From: Candidatus Heimdallarchaeota archaeon
GTDB lineage: Archaea; Asgardarchaeota; Heimdallarchaeia; JABLTI01
Assembly (NCBI GenBank): GCA_018238155.1
Contig: JABCTZ010000026.1
Span: forward strand, 64,001-128,000
Length of the DNA: 64,000 nt
Direction of reading: 5' to 3'
This document shows, piece by piece, positions 20,684 to 31,149 of the stretch. Both the position numbers and the translations under genes were made by a program. A model generated the notes under the pieces. It was not told the origin of the DNA. It made no database searches and saw nothing but the letters and a program-made list of their open reading frames with translations. Each line of letters begins with the position of its first letter. Within the stretch, counting starts at the first letter, position 1.

Positions 20684-21364
20684 TCAGTTTTCTTTATTTG
20701 AATCAATAATGCTTTGTTCTAGATTAACCAAATACTTGTCAAAATCGCCTACTCCGTCTGATTTCAAATAGGAATCAATAATTATACTTGTCAATCTCTT
20801 AAGTTTTGCTGCTTGCAATTCAAAATCTGAATCGTCAGCTGTCAATGTTAGATAATGAGCTAGCTGTTGTTTAATCATATCTTCTCCTTCAAGATTTATC
20901 TCCAACTTATTGGCTATTTGAGATAATATTTTATAATTGTGAACCCACCAACCAAGTGAAACAATGAGCTCTTTTGGTTGGGGAACATAAGTATAAGGAT
21001 TCCTTGCAACATTGACAGCTGTAGTCTGAGACCATAATTTTAGAAATTTATCATAAATATAACCACCTACAACAAAAATGACTAAAATAAATAATGTAAA
21101 AACTAATATTATCCAAAAAGGAATGTTTTCAGGATCTGGAACCCATGCACCAGGAAGATATTTTGCATAGGCTAAAGAAAGTAATAGAGCAAACGTAACT
21201 AAACCAAACATTGCTCTTGATTGATCTATTCGGAATCGCCATCGCATAGAAAAAAGTTTTAGCCACTTTCCAGATTTTTTAGCTGAAACTTTCATTTTTT
21301 CCCTTTTTTCAATCCTCGAAATTTTACTCTCATCATTTTTTTCAATTCTTGATTTTTTACTCAT
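20684..21364 (-). CDS. Hypothetical membrane protein (2 TM)
   Basis: 226-aa ORF with GAGGA SD and two hydrophobic helices. Confidence 0.7.
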   Translation of the reverse strand: MSKKSRIEKNDESKISRIEKREKMKVSAKKSGKWLKLFSMRWRFRIDQSRAMFGLVTFALLLSLAYAKYLPGAWVPDPENIPFWIILVFTLFILVIFVVGGYIYDKFLKLWSQTTAVNVARNPYTYVPQPKELIVSLGWWVHNYKILSQIANKLEINLEGEDMIKQQLAHYLTLTADDSDFELQAAKLKRLTSIIIDSYLKSDGVGDFDKYLVNLEQSIIDSNKEN

Positions 21365-21757
21365 TTTTTTTTCCTCAATAACTTTACTATTTTCTTTATT
21401 AGGTAAGATAATTACCTCTCGGAATTTTAGTTTGATAATTTAGATTTCTTTGTTACTTTATTGAATATTTCTAACACTTTTATGTTTTCAAAAAATATCT
21501 GTTTACAACAAAGGGTATTTTTTTTGAATTGTGTGTTATTATTGCTTGTCAATATTTAAATAGTAAAGTAGACTTTCTACCAAACAGGTCTATCAAAAAT
21601 TGTCTAGGCAAATAAAATTTCGTTTTTACTGTAAATGATTGAATCCTTGCGAGATTCTCACAACAAAGCATTTATACAAATTCAACGATATTTTACTTAA
21701 TAATCCTTTACAAATGACAAAGTTCAGTGTTATCTGAATTGTTTGGGTGGGTAAGAA

Positions 21758-22795
21758 ATTTCAAAGAAGATTGGTATACCACGAGCTTTAATTTACTACA
21801 AATTTGGTGATTTATGGAAAACATTTTTCACTGAATTGGGTCAAGAAGTTGTTATTTCAACTGAAACAACAAAAAAAATAAGAGAAATAGCAATTAGATC
21901 TGCCCCTGATGAAGACTGTTATTCTTCAAAATTATACTTTGGGCATGTTCTTAGCTTAAAAGACAAAGTCGATTATCTCTTCATACCTCGATTTGGCAGT
22001 AATCATCCAGTAAATGTTGGATGTCCTAAATTCCTTGGATTAGCAGAAGTATTAGAATCGATGTTCTCAGATTTACCACCAATAATTAAACCATATTTTT
22101 CACGAGCAAAAGGTGGACATAAAACCTATCACTTACTTGCAAAAGCATTCGCAATTGGTTGGAAATTTACCAAAAATCCTATTAAAATTGTAAGAGCAAT
22201 TCGTAAGGCAATACAAGCTCACAAACAACACAAGGATGAGCTAGTTATTGATGAAGAAATGTTACATAAATGGGAACGATCTGAAATATATCTTAACGAT
22301 GAACCAATAGCTCAAGAAGGAGAAAGACCACTTAAAATTGCTTTAGTAGGTCACTCGTATGTCATCAATGATGACTATTCATCACTTGACATGCGCAAAA
22401 AATTGAAAGAGCATGGTGTAGATATAATAACTTCAGAACAAATGCCTCGAGATTTAATTGAGAAGCAAATGGAAAAGCTAGATTTCAATATGTATTTTGA
22501 TTATGAGCGTGAAATTTTAGGTACAATAATGCATTTCCAAGAAACAGGAACAATTGACGGGATAGTTCACATGATTATTTTTAGTTGTGGTCCTGATTCT
22601 ATCGCTGGAGAGATGGCTGCGCGGTTCAATCGCAGAAATCCAAATGTTCAATTACTTCAACTAGTATTGGATGATTTAACAGCAGAAACCGGTATGAATA
22701 CAAGAATAGAAGCCTTTACAGATATGTTAAGGAGGAAGATAACTAAAGATGCCATTCACATTCCCACACTTCGGGTCTCTGAAGTACGTGTTTGA
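21758..22795 (+). CDS. Acyl-CoA dehydratase activase-related protein (DUF2229)
   Basis: Conserved N-terminus KIGIPRALIYY lies in frame upstream of the track start; CPKF, CGPD and TRIEAF motifs; the only plausible in-frame start is ATT 21758 after GGGTG. Confidence 0.85.
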   Translation: MSKKIGIPRALIYYKFGDLWKTFFTELGQEVVISTETTKKIREIAIRSAPDEDCYSSKLYFGHVLSLKDKVDYLFIPRFGSNHPVNVGCPKFLGLAEVLESMFSDLPPIIKPYFSRAKGGHKTYHLLAKAFAIGWKFTKNPIKIVRAIRKAIQAHKQHKDELVIDEEMLHKWERSEIYLNDEPIAQEGERPLKIALVGHSYVINDDYSSLDMRKKLKEHGVDIITSEQMPRDLIEKQMEKLDFNMYFDYEREILGTIMHFQETGTIDGIVHMIIFSCGPDSIAGEMAARFNRRNPNVQLLQLVLDDLTAETGMNTRIEAFTDMLRRKITKDAIHIPTLRVSEVRV

Positions 22796-23846
22796 AATTA
22801 TGTTAAGAGAACTAGGAAGAACGGATGTCATTATTCCTAATAAACCTAGTAAAAGAACTTCAGAACTAGGTGGACAACATTCACCTGAATTTATTTGTAC
22901 TCCCTTCAAAATTACTTTAGGAACATTCATTGAATCATTAGATCGTGGAGCAACGGAATTGGGTATGGGTGGATGCAATGCTTATTGCAGATTTGGTTAT
23001 TATTGGCCAGTACAGAAATTAATTTTAGAGGACCTTGGTTACGACTTTAAATTTGTTACTCTAAATTACGAATCTCCAATGGAAATTCTTCAAACTTGTA
23101 AAAGAGACATCAGCCCACCGGGATATAACATACTGCAAATTATACGGGGATTTAGATTTGCTTGGGTTGTTAATAGGCTTACAGATTTGACTGATCAATT
23201 AGTTTACAAGTATCGTGCAGTTGAACTTGAGAAGAATACAGCTGAACAGGTAGCTGATGAAGCTTTTCAATTAATTCGAGAAGCCAAAAGTATTCGTCAA
23301 CTCAGAAGATTGCAGAGAAGATTACCAAAGATTTTTGAGAACAAAGTAGAGATTGACAAAGAAGTAAGACCAATTAAAGTGGCTATAAATGGAGAAATCT
23401 ATGTTGTTCTTGAACCATCACTTAATTTAGACATTCATAGAAAATTGAATGAACTTGGAGTAATAGTTGCTAATCCAATTACACTGCGAAAATTCATTGA
23501 TGTCCCTCAAAATCTTAATCCATTTAAGAAAACACATTGGCAAAAATCTATTGACGCATCTCATAATTATCTGGAACATCGATGTGGTGGAGAATCTCAA
23601 GAGAATCTTGGAGATGCGATAACATACAAAAAAGAAGGGTATGATGGACTTATCCATTTGTATCCGTTTACATGCATGCCTGAAATTATCTCGAGAAGTA
23701 TCTTTCCACAAATTAGCAAAGAATATGACATGCCTGTCCTTTCTTTAGTTGTTGATGAACAAACAGGTGAGGTAGGATTTCAAACGAGATTAGAAGCTTT
23801 TATTGACCTTATAGCAAGAAAAAGAGAAAGAGACTTAGGATACTAG
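22749..23846 (+). CDS. 2-hydroxyacyl-CoA dehydratase / CoA activase-associated subunit
   Basis: TFPHFG, SPEFICTPFK, CRFGYY, GEIY, PFTCMPE, TRLEAF; AGGAGG SD; 47-nt overlap with the upstream gene. Confidence 0.85.
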   Translation: MPFTFPHFGSLKYVFEIMLRELGRTDVIIPNKPSKRTSELGGQHSPEFICTPFKITLGTFIESLDRGATELGMGGCNAYCRFGYYWPVQKLILEDLGYDFKFVTLNYESPMEILQTCKRDISPPGYNILQIIRGFRFAWVVNRLTDLTDQLVYKYRAVELEKNTAEQVADEAFQLIREAKSIRQLRRLQRRLPKIFENKVEIDKEVRPIKVAINGEIYVVLEPSLNLDIHRKLNELGVIVANPITLRKFIDVPQNLNPFKKTHWQKSIDASHNYLEHRCGGESQENLGDAITYKKEGYDGLIHLYPFTCMPEIISRSIFPQISKEYDMPVLSLVVDEQTGEVGFQTRLEAFIDLIARKRERDLGY

Positions 23847-23847
23847 A

Positions 23848-24012
23848 AAAACAGCTTTTTACTGTTGGGATATCCCTGATATGAAATTCGAGATAACAGG
23901 TTTTGAACGCGATGTCTGTTCTAATATTTGTGAAATAGTTGAAATCAAAAATAATGACAAGTAAAAATCCCTTTGGGAAAGTCGTTGTGGAAAGTGGGAT
24001 TTAACTGATTAA
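23848..24012 (+). pseudogene. 3' remnant of an HgdC-like CoA-substrate activase gene
   Basis: KTAFYCWDIPDMKFEITGFERDVCSNICEIVEIKNNDK*KSLWESRCGKWD resembles the FxCxxCxNxCE...WGxRCGKW C-terminal tail of activases encoded third in DUF2229 operons. Confidence 0.7.
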
Positions 24013-24090
24013 GTAACTATTTATCCTTTACTTTTCTCATTTTTTAACTCCAATACTTAATAATTAATATAATTAATAGCTATTCTTAGG

Positions 24091-25533
24091 ATGACAACTA
24101 TGAAAGAATATGATATTATAGCAATAGGTTCTGGTTCTGCAATGAATATCCTCTCTTCAGTTATGAATGCTGATCCAGAGCTCAAGGTTGCAATAATTGA
24201 TAAAGATGAACCAGGTGGGATCTGTTTAACAAAGGGATGTATTCCAACAAAGATTTTATTGTACCCAGCAGAGGTTTTGCGAACTATTGAACGAGCGTCA
24301 TTGTTTGGAATTAATGTTGATATCAAGAAAGTTGATTTCAAATTTATTATGGATAGAATGAGAAATATCATCTATCATGATATTAATAATATCAGTGATG
24401 GTTTGAGCAACGCAGAAGAATTGGATTACTATCGAGAAGTAGCTGAATTCATCGATCCTTATACTCTCAGAGTAGGTAAAGAAAAAATCAAAGGTAAAAT
24501 GATTCTCCTTTGTACAGGTTCAAAACCAAATATACCTAATATCAAAGGAATTGATTCTGTAGACTATCTTACAAGTGATACCATTTTGAAATTGACTGAA
24601 CTTCCTCAGAGCATTACTATTGTTGGTGGAGGGTATATAGCAGCAGAATACGGACATTTTCTCGCAGCTATGGGTTCAAAAGTAACAATTATTGGAAGAA
24701 ACCCTCAATTCCTTCCTCAAGAGGAACCAGAAGTCTCTGCATTAGCTTTGAGTGAGCTTCAGAAGCATATGAGGATAATTACAAATTATGAAGTTACAGA
24801 AGTTATACAAACAAAGGGTGGTAAAATAATCACTAAAGCTACTAATAGAGAAACAAAAGAACAGTTTGAAGCAATTACTGATCAAATATTGGTTGCTGCA
24901 GGAAGAAGTTCAAATTCAGATATATTGAAACCAGAAAAAAGTGGTATTCAAACAGATAAGAACGGTTGGATAACTGTTAACGAGTTTTTAGAAACTTCAC
25001 AAAAGAACATCTGGGCTTTTGGCGATGCTAATGGAAAATATCTCTTCAAACATGCTGCAAATTATGAGTCTCAAATTGTTTACTATAATGCCATTAAGAA
25101 ACAAAAGTACAAAGTTGATTATCACGCTATTCCTCGAGCAGTATTTAGTGAACCAGAAGTAGCTAGCGTTGGCATGAGAGAGAAAGAAGCAATTAAAGAA
25201 TTTGGTGAAGAAAACGTTCTCATTGGTTTCCAAAGATACCAGGATACAGCAAAAGGCACAGCAATGGCATTAGAGAATTTCTTTGTGAAGGTTATTTTGA
25301 AAAAGGATGATTTAGAAATTCTTGGAGCACATATTATTGGTCCCTTTGCTTCGGTACTAATTCAAGAGATAATCAATCTTATGTATACTCAAGAGAGAAC
25401 AATCATTCCAATATTGCAAGGAATGCATATCCATCCTGCTCTCAATGAAGTAGTAGAACGTGCTGCTGGAAATATGATGCCTATAGAACAATATCATCAC
25501 TTTTTGCGTCATTTAGGGTTAGCAGAAAAATAA
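24091..25533 (+). CDS. Dihydrolipoamide dehydrogenase-family flavoprotein disulfide reductase (stand-alone, mycothione-reductase-like)
   Basis: GSGS, GGICLTKGCIP redox CxxxxC, GGGYIAAE, HIHPALNE. Confidence 0.9.
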   Translation: MTTMKEYDIIAIGSGSAMNILSSVMNADPELKVAIIDKDEPGGICLTKGCIPTKILLYPAEVLRTIERASLFGINVDIKKVDFKFIMDRMRNIIYHDINNISDGLSNAEELDYYREVAEFIDPYTLRVGKEKIKGKMILLCTGSKPNIPNIKGIDSVDYLTSDTILKLTELPQSITIVGGGYIAAEYGHFLAAMGSKVTIIGRNPQFLPQEEPEVSALALSELQKHMRIITNYEVTEVIQTKGGKIITKATNRETKEQFEAITDQILVAAGRSSNSDILKPEKSGIQTDKNGWITVNEFLETSQKNIWAFGDANGKYLFKHAANYESQIVYYNAIKKQKYKVDYHAIPRAVFSEPEVASVGMREKEAIKEFGEENVLIGFQRYQDTAKGTAMALENFFVKVILKKDDLEILGAHIIGPFASVLIQEIINLMYTQERTIIPILQGMHIHPALNEVVERAAGNMMPIEQYHHFLRHLGLAEK

Positions 25534-25697
25534 AGTATTGAAAATAGTTTTTGCTATTTTCTTTTTTTGTTTATTCATAATTCTAAAGTCTTTTTTGATA
25601 CAAATAAAGTTTAACTTTTTTCATTCACTATCCTTCATAAAAAATTAATGCAAAACATTTTAAGAAACAGCTACTTCAATATTCGAGAGGAATAACT

Positions 25698-26693
25698 ATG
25701 ATTCAAGAGACTGCATCAAAAACAATTTTGAATAAAAATTACAAATGGTCCTGGTATACTTTTGGTATAGACGTGTTCAGTTATACAACAGCCAACCTTG
25801 TAGTGATTCTTTTAATGATTCTACAAAAAACATTCAAAGTTGATAGTACTCTCCAGATTTGGGTCATTGTCCTTGTTGGAATTCTCTTAGAACTGTTATT
25901 TATTGGATTTGCAGTTATTGATGCTTCAAGAAGCAATCCAATGAGTCGATTTTATGGTTCAAAAATATTTAATCTTCCAATCTTGTCAATCACAATATTA
26001 GTAGTAACAGCTATTTTCTGGAATCATGAAGAAGTATTTGCAATAGCTTATGGAACTTTATGCGGGGCATTTGCAGGATATCTTGCAGGAGGATTAACTT
26101 ATGCAAACTTTTACAAAAGAATCGAAGATGAGATATACAGAACGATTTTTGGTGGGTGGGTTGGAACATCCCTTGGAGGGATTTTTGGTGGATTATTTGC
26201 AGGATTAATGAGTTTTCAAAATTACTTTATTGAGACAGATTGGGTCTACACAGATACTATTGGTGCTCAGATTTTCGGTGGAATCTTCATGGGATTTTGG
26301 GGTGGAGCAATAATCTCAGGTCCTATTGCTGTAGTTTTACTTTATCTGCTAAAAGATAAAAAGAAATTTACTTCATTCTTTACAAAAATAATGCAATTTG
26401 GAACACAAAAGGTTCTAACTACTGATCTTAAAACATATTTTAATCTTGATGCTGAATCAACAAAAAAGAATTCAAAAATTGTTTTGAAACTTGAACAAAT
26501 ATTTGTTCTTAAAACAGAAGAGAAGAAGGAATTAAACACTTTTTTCAAAGTTAGTAAAAAAATTGCCTACTTTATCTCACCTTGGGATAAGGAAATTGAA
26601 TCAGAAAGACAAAAGGTATTTTCAGAAATAATTGATTCATCTCTGGAAGAATTACCCTTAATAATAAAAGATGATAAAATAGTTCGAAAATGA
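25698..26693 (+). CDS. Hypothetical multi-pass membrane protein with glycine-zipper helices
   Basis: Repeated GxxxG motifs (GTLCGAFAGYLAG, GGWVGTSLGGIFGG, GGIFMGFWGG). Confidence 0.7.
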   Translation: MIQETASKTILNKNYKWSWYTFGIDVFSYTTANLVVILLMILQKTFKVDSTLQIWVIVLVGILLELLFIGFAVIDASRSNPMSRFYGSKIFNLPILSITILVVTAIFWNHEEVFAIAYGTLCGAFAGYLAGGLTYANFYKRIEDEIYRTIFGGWVGTSLGGIFGGLFAGLMSFQNYFIETDWVYTDTIGAQIFGGIFMGFWGGAIISGPIAVVLLYLLKDKKKFTSFFTKIMQFGTQKVLTTDLKTYFNLDAESTKKNSKIVLKLEQIFVLKTEEKKELNTFFKVSKKIAYFISPWDKEIESERQKVFSEIIDSSLEELPLIIKDDKIVRK

Positions 26694-26770
26694 ACTTTTT
26701 ATCACAAATCTTCTTTTTGAGTAACAACTTATTTAGGTCATAGCTCATTGATTTAGATGGGCTGATTTCT

Positions 26771-28198
26771 TTGGATATTGCAATCGTAAATAGTTGGTTA
26801 CTAACTTTTCAGAATAATTCATTAGGAATTGTAAAAGACGGAGCAATTGGTATTGAAGATGGTAAGATTTCTTTTGTTGGAAAAACTTCTGAGATAGATA
26901 AAACCGATGTTGATACATTGATCGATGGTTCAAATCATGTTACTATGCCAGGTTTAGTAAATGCTCACATCCATACTTCCATGACATTGCTTCGAGGTGG
27001 AGCACAGGATTTACCAGAAATTGAATGGATGAATAAAGGTATTGGACCTATTGCTAACCATATGAAACCAAGTGACATCATCGTTGGATCAAAACTAGGT
27101 GTAATTGAAGCACTACGTTCAGGAACCACTACATTTGCAGAATATTCCACAAATGTATCTAAATTAGTTGATGAAATTTACTTGCCTTTTGGTGCTAGAG
27201 TTGTTGCAACAGAAACTATAAATGAAGTGAGTAAAAATCGGGCGCATTTAAAACCAACTGATATCTATGAATTTGATCGAACAAAAGGAGAGAAAGCCTT
27301 CAAACAAGCGTGTGAATTGTTCAAAAAATACCAAAAAAAGGAACTTGTTACAAGCATGTTTGGTCCTCAAGCTTTGGATATGATTTCCTTAGAATTACTT
27401 CAAATTGTCAAAGATGAAGCTATTGAGCGAAAATCAGGTATGCATTTGCATGTAGCACAAGGTGAAAGAGAACGATTACAAATTGTTGGCAGATTCGGAA
27501 AGAACGCTTCCACGGTGAAAGTATTAAATGAATATGGTTTTCTTGATGAATATTTGTTAGGTGCTCACTGTCATGATACAAGTATTGACGAACGAGAGAA
27601 AATGGTTAGCAACGGTGTTAAAATGGTAGGTTGTCCAAGTTCCATAAGTATGATAGATGGCATTGTTCCACCTGTTGGTCATTTTGTAAGTCTTGGAGGA
27701 AAAGTTGGATTAGGCTCTGATCAGGCACCAGGTCCGGGTTTACATAATATGTTTTGCGAAATGAGAACTATAAGTATAATAACAAAAACGATGATGAGAG
27801 ATCCTACTGCTCTACCAGCTTGGGAAGTACTTAAAATTGCTACTGGCGGTGGTTCTCAAGTATTAGGTTTAGAAGATAAAATTGGTTCTTTGGAAGTTGG
27901 AAAACAAGCAGATATTATCACTATAGATCTTAGCAAACCAAACCTTACACCGGTAGTTGATTTTCCTTTTCATACTTTTATTCCAAATATAGTCTATTCT
28001 GCAACAGGATATGAAGTTGATAATGTTATTATCAGTGGTAAAGAAGTCATTATTGATAGTAAATTCGTATCAATAAATGAACAGGAAATTATTAACGATG
28101 CAACTCAACGTTCACAACGAATTTTTCGAGATGCATCTGAAGATTGGATGAAAGCAGATTCATTGTTAGTTAAAAAAGTTAAAAATGGATTGCTGTAA
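26771..28198 (+). CDS. Amidohydrolase, MTA/SAH-deaminase or AtzA family
   Basis: MPGLVNAHIH, SGTTT, HLHVAQ, LGSD, IGSLEVGKQAD. Confidence 0.9.
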   Translation: MDIAIVNSWLLTFQNNSLGIVKDGAIGIEDGKISFVGKTSEIDKTDVDTLIDGSNHVTMPGLVNAHIHTSMTLLRGGAQDLPEIEWMNKGIGPIANHMKPSDIIVGSKLGVIEALRSGTTTFAEYSTNVSKLVDEIYLPFGARVVATETINEVSKNRAHLKPTDIYEFDRTKGEKAFKQACELFKKYQKKELVTSMFGPQALDMISLELLQIVKDEAIERKSGMHLHVAQGERERLQIVGRFGKNASTVKVLNEYGFLDEYLLGAHCHDTSIDEREKMVSNGVKMVGCPSSISMIDGIVPPVGHFVSLGGKVGLGSDQAPGPGLHNMFCEMRTISIITKTMMRDPTALPAWEVLKIATGGGSQVLGLEDKIGSLEVGKQADIITIDLSKPNLTPVVDFPFHTFIPNIVYSATGYEVDNVIISGKEVIIDSKFVSINEQEIINDATQRSQRIFRDASEDWMKADSLLVKKVKNGLL

Positions 28199-28210
28199 AT
28201 AATTACTAGG

Positions 28211-28708
28211 TTACTCTGTTTCAAAGTTACTTTGCAAATAAGCAGAACCATAAACTTCTATTGTTTTTTCTCTTCTATCTGAGCGAATTTTCTCAATAAA
28301 TTCATCGAGATTCTTATACCATGAAAGGTTTTCTTCTATATCCTCATCTTCACTATTAACTCGATTTAAGCCAGAATTAAGCTTAAAGCTGATGAACTCG
28401 AATAAATTCATATTGTGAGGTTCAAGATAAAAACGCTTAATATAATATTGAATGCCTATAAACTCAAAAAACGCAATCATAACACCAATAACGAAAAATG
28501 GCCAAATATGAAATGCTTGTGTGATTGCAAAATAATACAAAATTGGAAACATAACAAAGGATAAAACCAACAATGGTATTACAATGAAAATAAAACTAAT
28601 TTCAAAAAGGAAAAAAAAATCCTTAGTTTGTCGTTCGATTAGAGCAACCGAGCGTAATTGTCTTCTTTGATTTCTTCTTGTTTGATCATTAAATTTAGTG
28701 CCATTCAT
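28211..28708 (-). CDS. Hypothetical membrane protein (2 TM)
   Basis: 165-aa ORF with GGGAAG SD and a hydrophobic pair. Confidence 0.65.
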   Translation of the reverse strand: MNGTKFNDQTRRNQRRQLRSVALIERQTKDFFFLFEISFIFIVIPLLVLSFVMFPILYYFAITQAFHIWPFFVIGVMIAFFEFIGIQYYIKRFYLEPHNMNLFEFISFKLNSGLNRVNSEDEDIEENLSWYKNLDEFIEKIRSDRREKTIEVYGSAYLQSNFETE

Positions 28709-28893
28709 TTACTATCTTCCCTACTTATTTCCAACTATTATTAACTAATACATACTCAATATTTAAATTATTGCAATAAAAAATATCTTTTCATAGATGA
28801 AATCACTTTACTAAGAAATATAAATATAAACAAGTATGTTTACCAGCAAGTCGGTAGTGAAACAATAGGTATAATTTCGGAGTAGTAACAAAA

Positions 28894-29529
28894 TTGTCAG
28901 ATAACAAGTCAGCAATACAAATAATTAAACCATTGAATTTCAGAGTACAACTGATTCTCACACTTGTCTCAGGAACTTTGTGGGGACCTATCTTCAATTT
29001 GTTTTGTTTTCTAGGATTAAATCAAATAGCTGCTTATCCAACTCCAGAAGGAGTACCGCCAACAAAAAACAATGTTCTAGTTAACATCCTTTTAATACTG
29101 TCCATTTTTGGTGCACCAGTTGCTTGGTATCGAAGATATCAATCACTCCATGATTACATAGATTTTATGGAGGTGCATCTACCTTCCCTTCCCAAAAAAA
29201 TTAATGAAGAAGGAGAGGAGGAAGAAGTAAAACGTCTTACTTGTTTAACAGGTAAAAGATTTATTGGATTCGCAATAACGACAGTTCTAATATTACTACT
29301 CTTAGTTGTATCATTTACGATAGTAATTTATCATTTAATACAATTTAACAAAGGATTATTACCTGATACTTACTGGGGAAATGGTGCTTTTATGATCTTA
29401 TTACCAATAGGTATCGCTGCGTTCTTTATTGGTTTGGGCTTTAGTGTTAGAACAGCTATTGAGGAGAAGAAGTGGATTAAAGCCTTTAATTCAATATCAA
29501 TAGAAATTATGGCTAAGAATGAAAAATAA
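28894..29529 (+). CDS. Hypothetical membrane protein (about 4 TM)
   Basis: TTG start after GGAG SD; hydrophobic segments. Confidence 0.65.
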   Translation: MSDNKSAIQIIKPLNFRVQLILTLVSGTLWGPIFNLFCFLGLNQIAAYPTPEGVPPTKNNVLVNILLILSIFGAPVAWYRRYQSLHDYIDFMEVHLPSLPKKINEEGEEEEVKRLTCLTGKRFIGFAITTVLILLLLVVSFTIVIYHLIQFNKGLLPDTYWGNGAFMILLPIGIAAFFIGLGFSVRTAIEEKKWIKAFNSISIEIMAKNEK

Positions 29530-29552
29530 CAAAAAAACAAAGTTAAGGCGTA

Positions 29553-29576
29553 CAATGAAATAGCTATATTTCATTG
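29553..29576. terminator. Hairpin between convergent genes
   Basis: caatgaaata-gcta-tatttcattg perfect inverted repeat with T-tracts on both strands. Confidence 0.5.
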
Positions 29577-29596
29577 CACTTTTACTACTTTTTTTC

Positions 29597-30688
29597 TTAT
29601 GGGTCAAGAACAGCACAAGTTAACATCCGTTTACCAAATCTTTCTTTGGAAAGGCATTTTCTACAATCAATACAATCGGATCTTTTCTTCCCGGTATTTA
29701 ATTTGCTTGAAAAATAAGGTTCTCTGATAAATGGTTTGCTCATTGAGATGAAATCAGCAATGTTTTTCTCTAAAAGAGCATTCATTGTTGATCTTTCACG
29801 TATTCCATCAACCAAGGCTAAAGCTGTTTTTGGTACTGCTTCTCTTATTTTTTCTGCATGTCCGGAGAAATTCGCCTCAAAATACGGAGAGTTCGGAGAA
29901 GGTTTACCTCTTATTTTTCTAATTTTAGCATTTTGTTTTTGACCGCCACCAGATATTTCAATAAAATCAATTCCTCTATTAGCTAACCACTTAGAAATTT
30001 GTATAGAGTCTATAATTTCAATCCCATCTTGAGGAGCAAAATCATCACAATTTAATTTTACTCCAATAACAGGTTCATTACCAATTTTCTTTTTGATTGT
30101 ATCAAAAACATCTAGTAGTAACCTAGAACGATTTTCCAAATTTCCGCCATATTTATCCTCTCTTTTGTTGATATTCCCAGAAAGAAATTGGCTGAGTAAA
30201 TAACCATGAGCAGAATGAATCTGGATGCCATCAAATCCTGCCGTCATTGCTAATTCTGCTGAAGAAGCAAAATTCTCGATTATAGTTGCAATATCGTCTT
30301 GTGAAGCTTCTCTTGCTTCAAATTCATCTGTCTTATAAAGTGATGCTGTTACTCTATCCGCTTTACTACTTAAACCGCCGTGATTTATTTGGGCAATAAT
30401 TGGCACATCATAATAATGAACTAATTTTGTTAATTCAGTCATTTTAGAAAGATGAGATTCATCAGACAACCCTGATTGACCTGTATGAGCTTTTCCATTT
30501 GATGAAATATAAGAATGACCTTTAATTATCAATCCTAAATCACCTTTTGCAAGTAGTCGATAATAATCCAAAATGGGTTGACGCAATATTCCATTCTTAT
30601 CGGACCAATAAGAAGTGGTTGCAGATCGCATTAGTCTATTTTTACTCTCAAGATGTCTAATACTAAATGAACTGAAAAGTTTTGACAT
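29597..30688 (-). CDS. NADH:flavin oxidoreductase (Old Yellow Enzyme family)
   Basis: NRLMRSAT, QINHGG, GFDGIQIHSAHGYLLSQFLS, C-terminal CIDCRKC. Confidence 0.9.
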   Translation of the reverse strand: MSKLFSSFSIRHLESKNRLMRSATTSYWSDKNGILRQPILDYYRLLAKGDLGLIIKGHSYISSNGKAHTGQSGLSDESHLSKMTELTKLVHYYDVPIIAQINHGGLSSKADRVTASLYKTDEFEAREASQDDIATIIENFASSAELAMTAGFDGIQIHSAHGYLLSQFLSGNINKREDKYGGNLENRSRLLLDVFDTIKKKIGNEPVIGVKLNCDDFAPQDGIEIIDSIQISKWLANRGIDFIEISGGGQKQNAKIRKIRGKPSPNSPYFEANFSGHAEKIREAVPKTALALVDGIRERSTMNALLEKNIADFISMSKPFIREPYFSSKLNTGKKRSDCIDCRKCLSKERFGKRMLTCAVLDP

Positions 30689-30778
30689 AATTGATTTGAT
30701 TAGAGCACTACATAAAAGATTTATCACTTCAAAAATGAAAATATTAATTATTTAATTGTTGTGAGAAATAGAAAAAAA

Positions 30779-31072
30779 CTAAGCAGAATTGACACAAATA
30801 GAGCATTCCGCACATTTTACTTCTCTATTATCGTAACAATCTTGACAAATAAGGAAGTTACATTGCTCACATCTATGAAATTTACCACACATATCCTTCT
30901 TCAAACTTTCAAATATTTCGTGTTGGACTATTTCTACATTTGGATCGAATGTTTTAGTAACTTTAACCTCGTTTCCACAACAATCACAAAAGAAATCTAA
31001 TGTCATTTCACCACTTTTTACTGAATAATTAAATCCATTTGTAAAGTCTTCTGCTAATAGTTCCTTACTCAT
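30779..31072 (-). CDS. Small Cys-rich zinc-binding protein
   Basis: FFCDCC...FHRCEQC...CQDC...CAEC; GGTGGA SD. Confidence 0.75.
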   Translation of the reverse strand: MSKELLAEDFTNGFNYSVKSGEMTLDFFCDCCGNEVKVTKTFDPNVEIVQHEIFESLKKDMCGKFHRCEQCNFLICQDCYDNREVKCAECSICVNSA

Positions 31073-31149
31073 TTTGTTCCACCGAATTTTAGTTAGTATT
31101 AAACTAGTATGATAATAATTAGCACTATTTTTTTTTAAAAGCTAATGCT

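Noticed and set aside
20574-20707. Possible microproteins after the 20684 gene (MTKIEVQ... coupled by TGATG, or a CPTYG...CQKC frame)
   Set aside because: Two competing short frames, neither with convincing evidence
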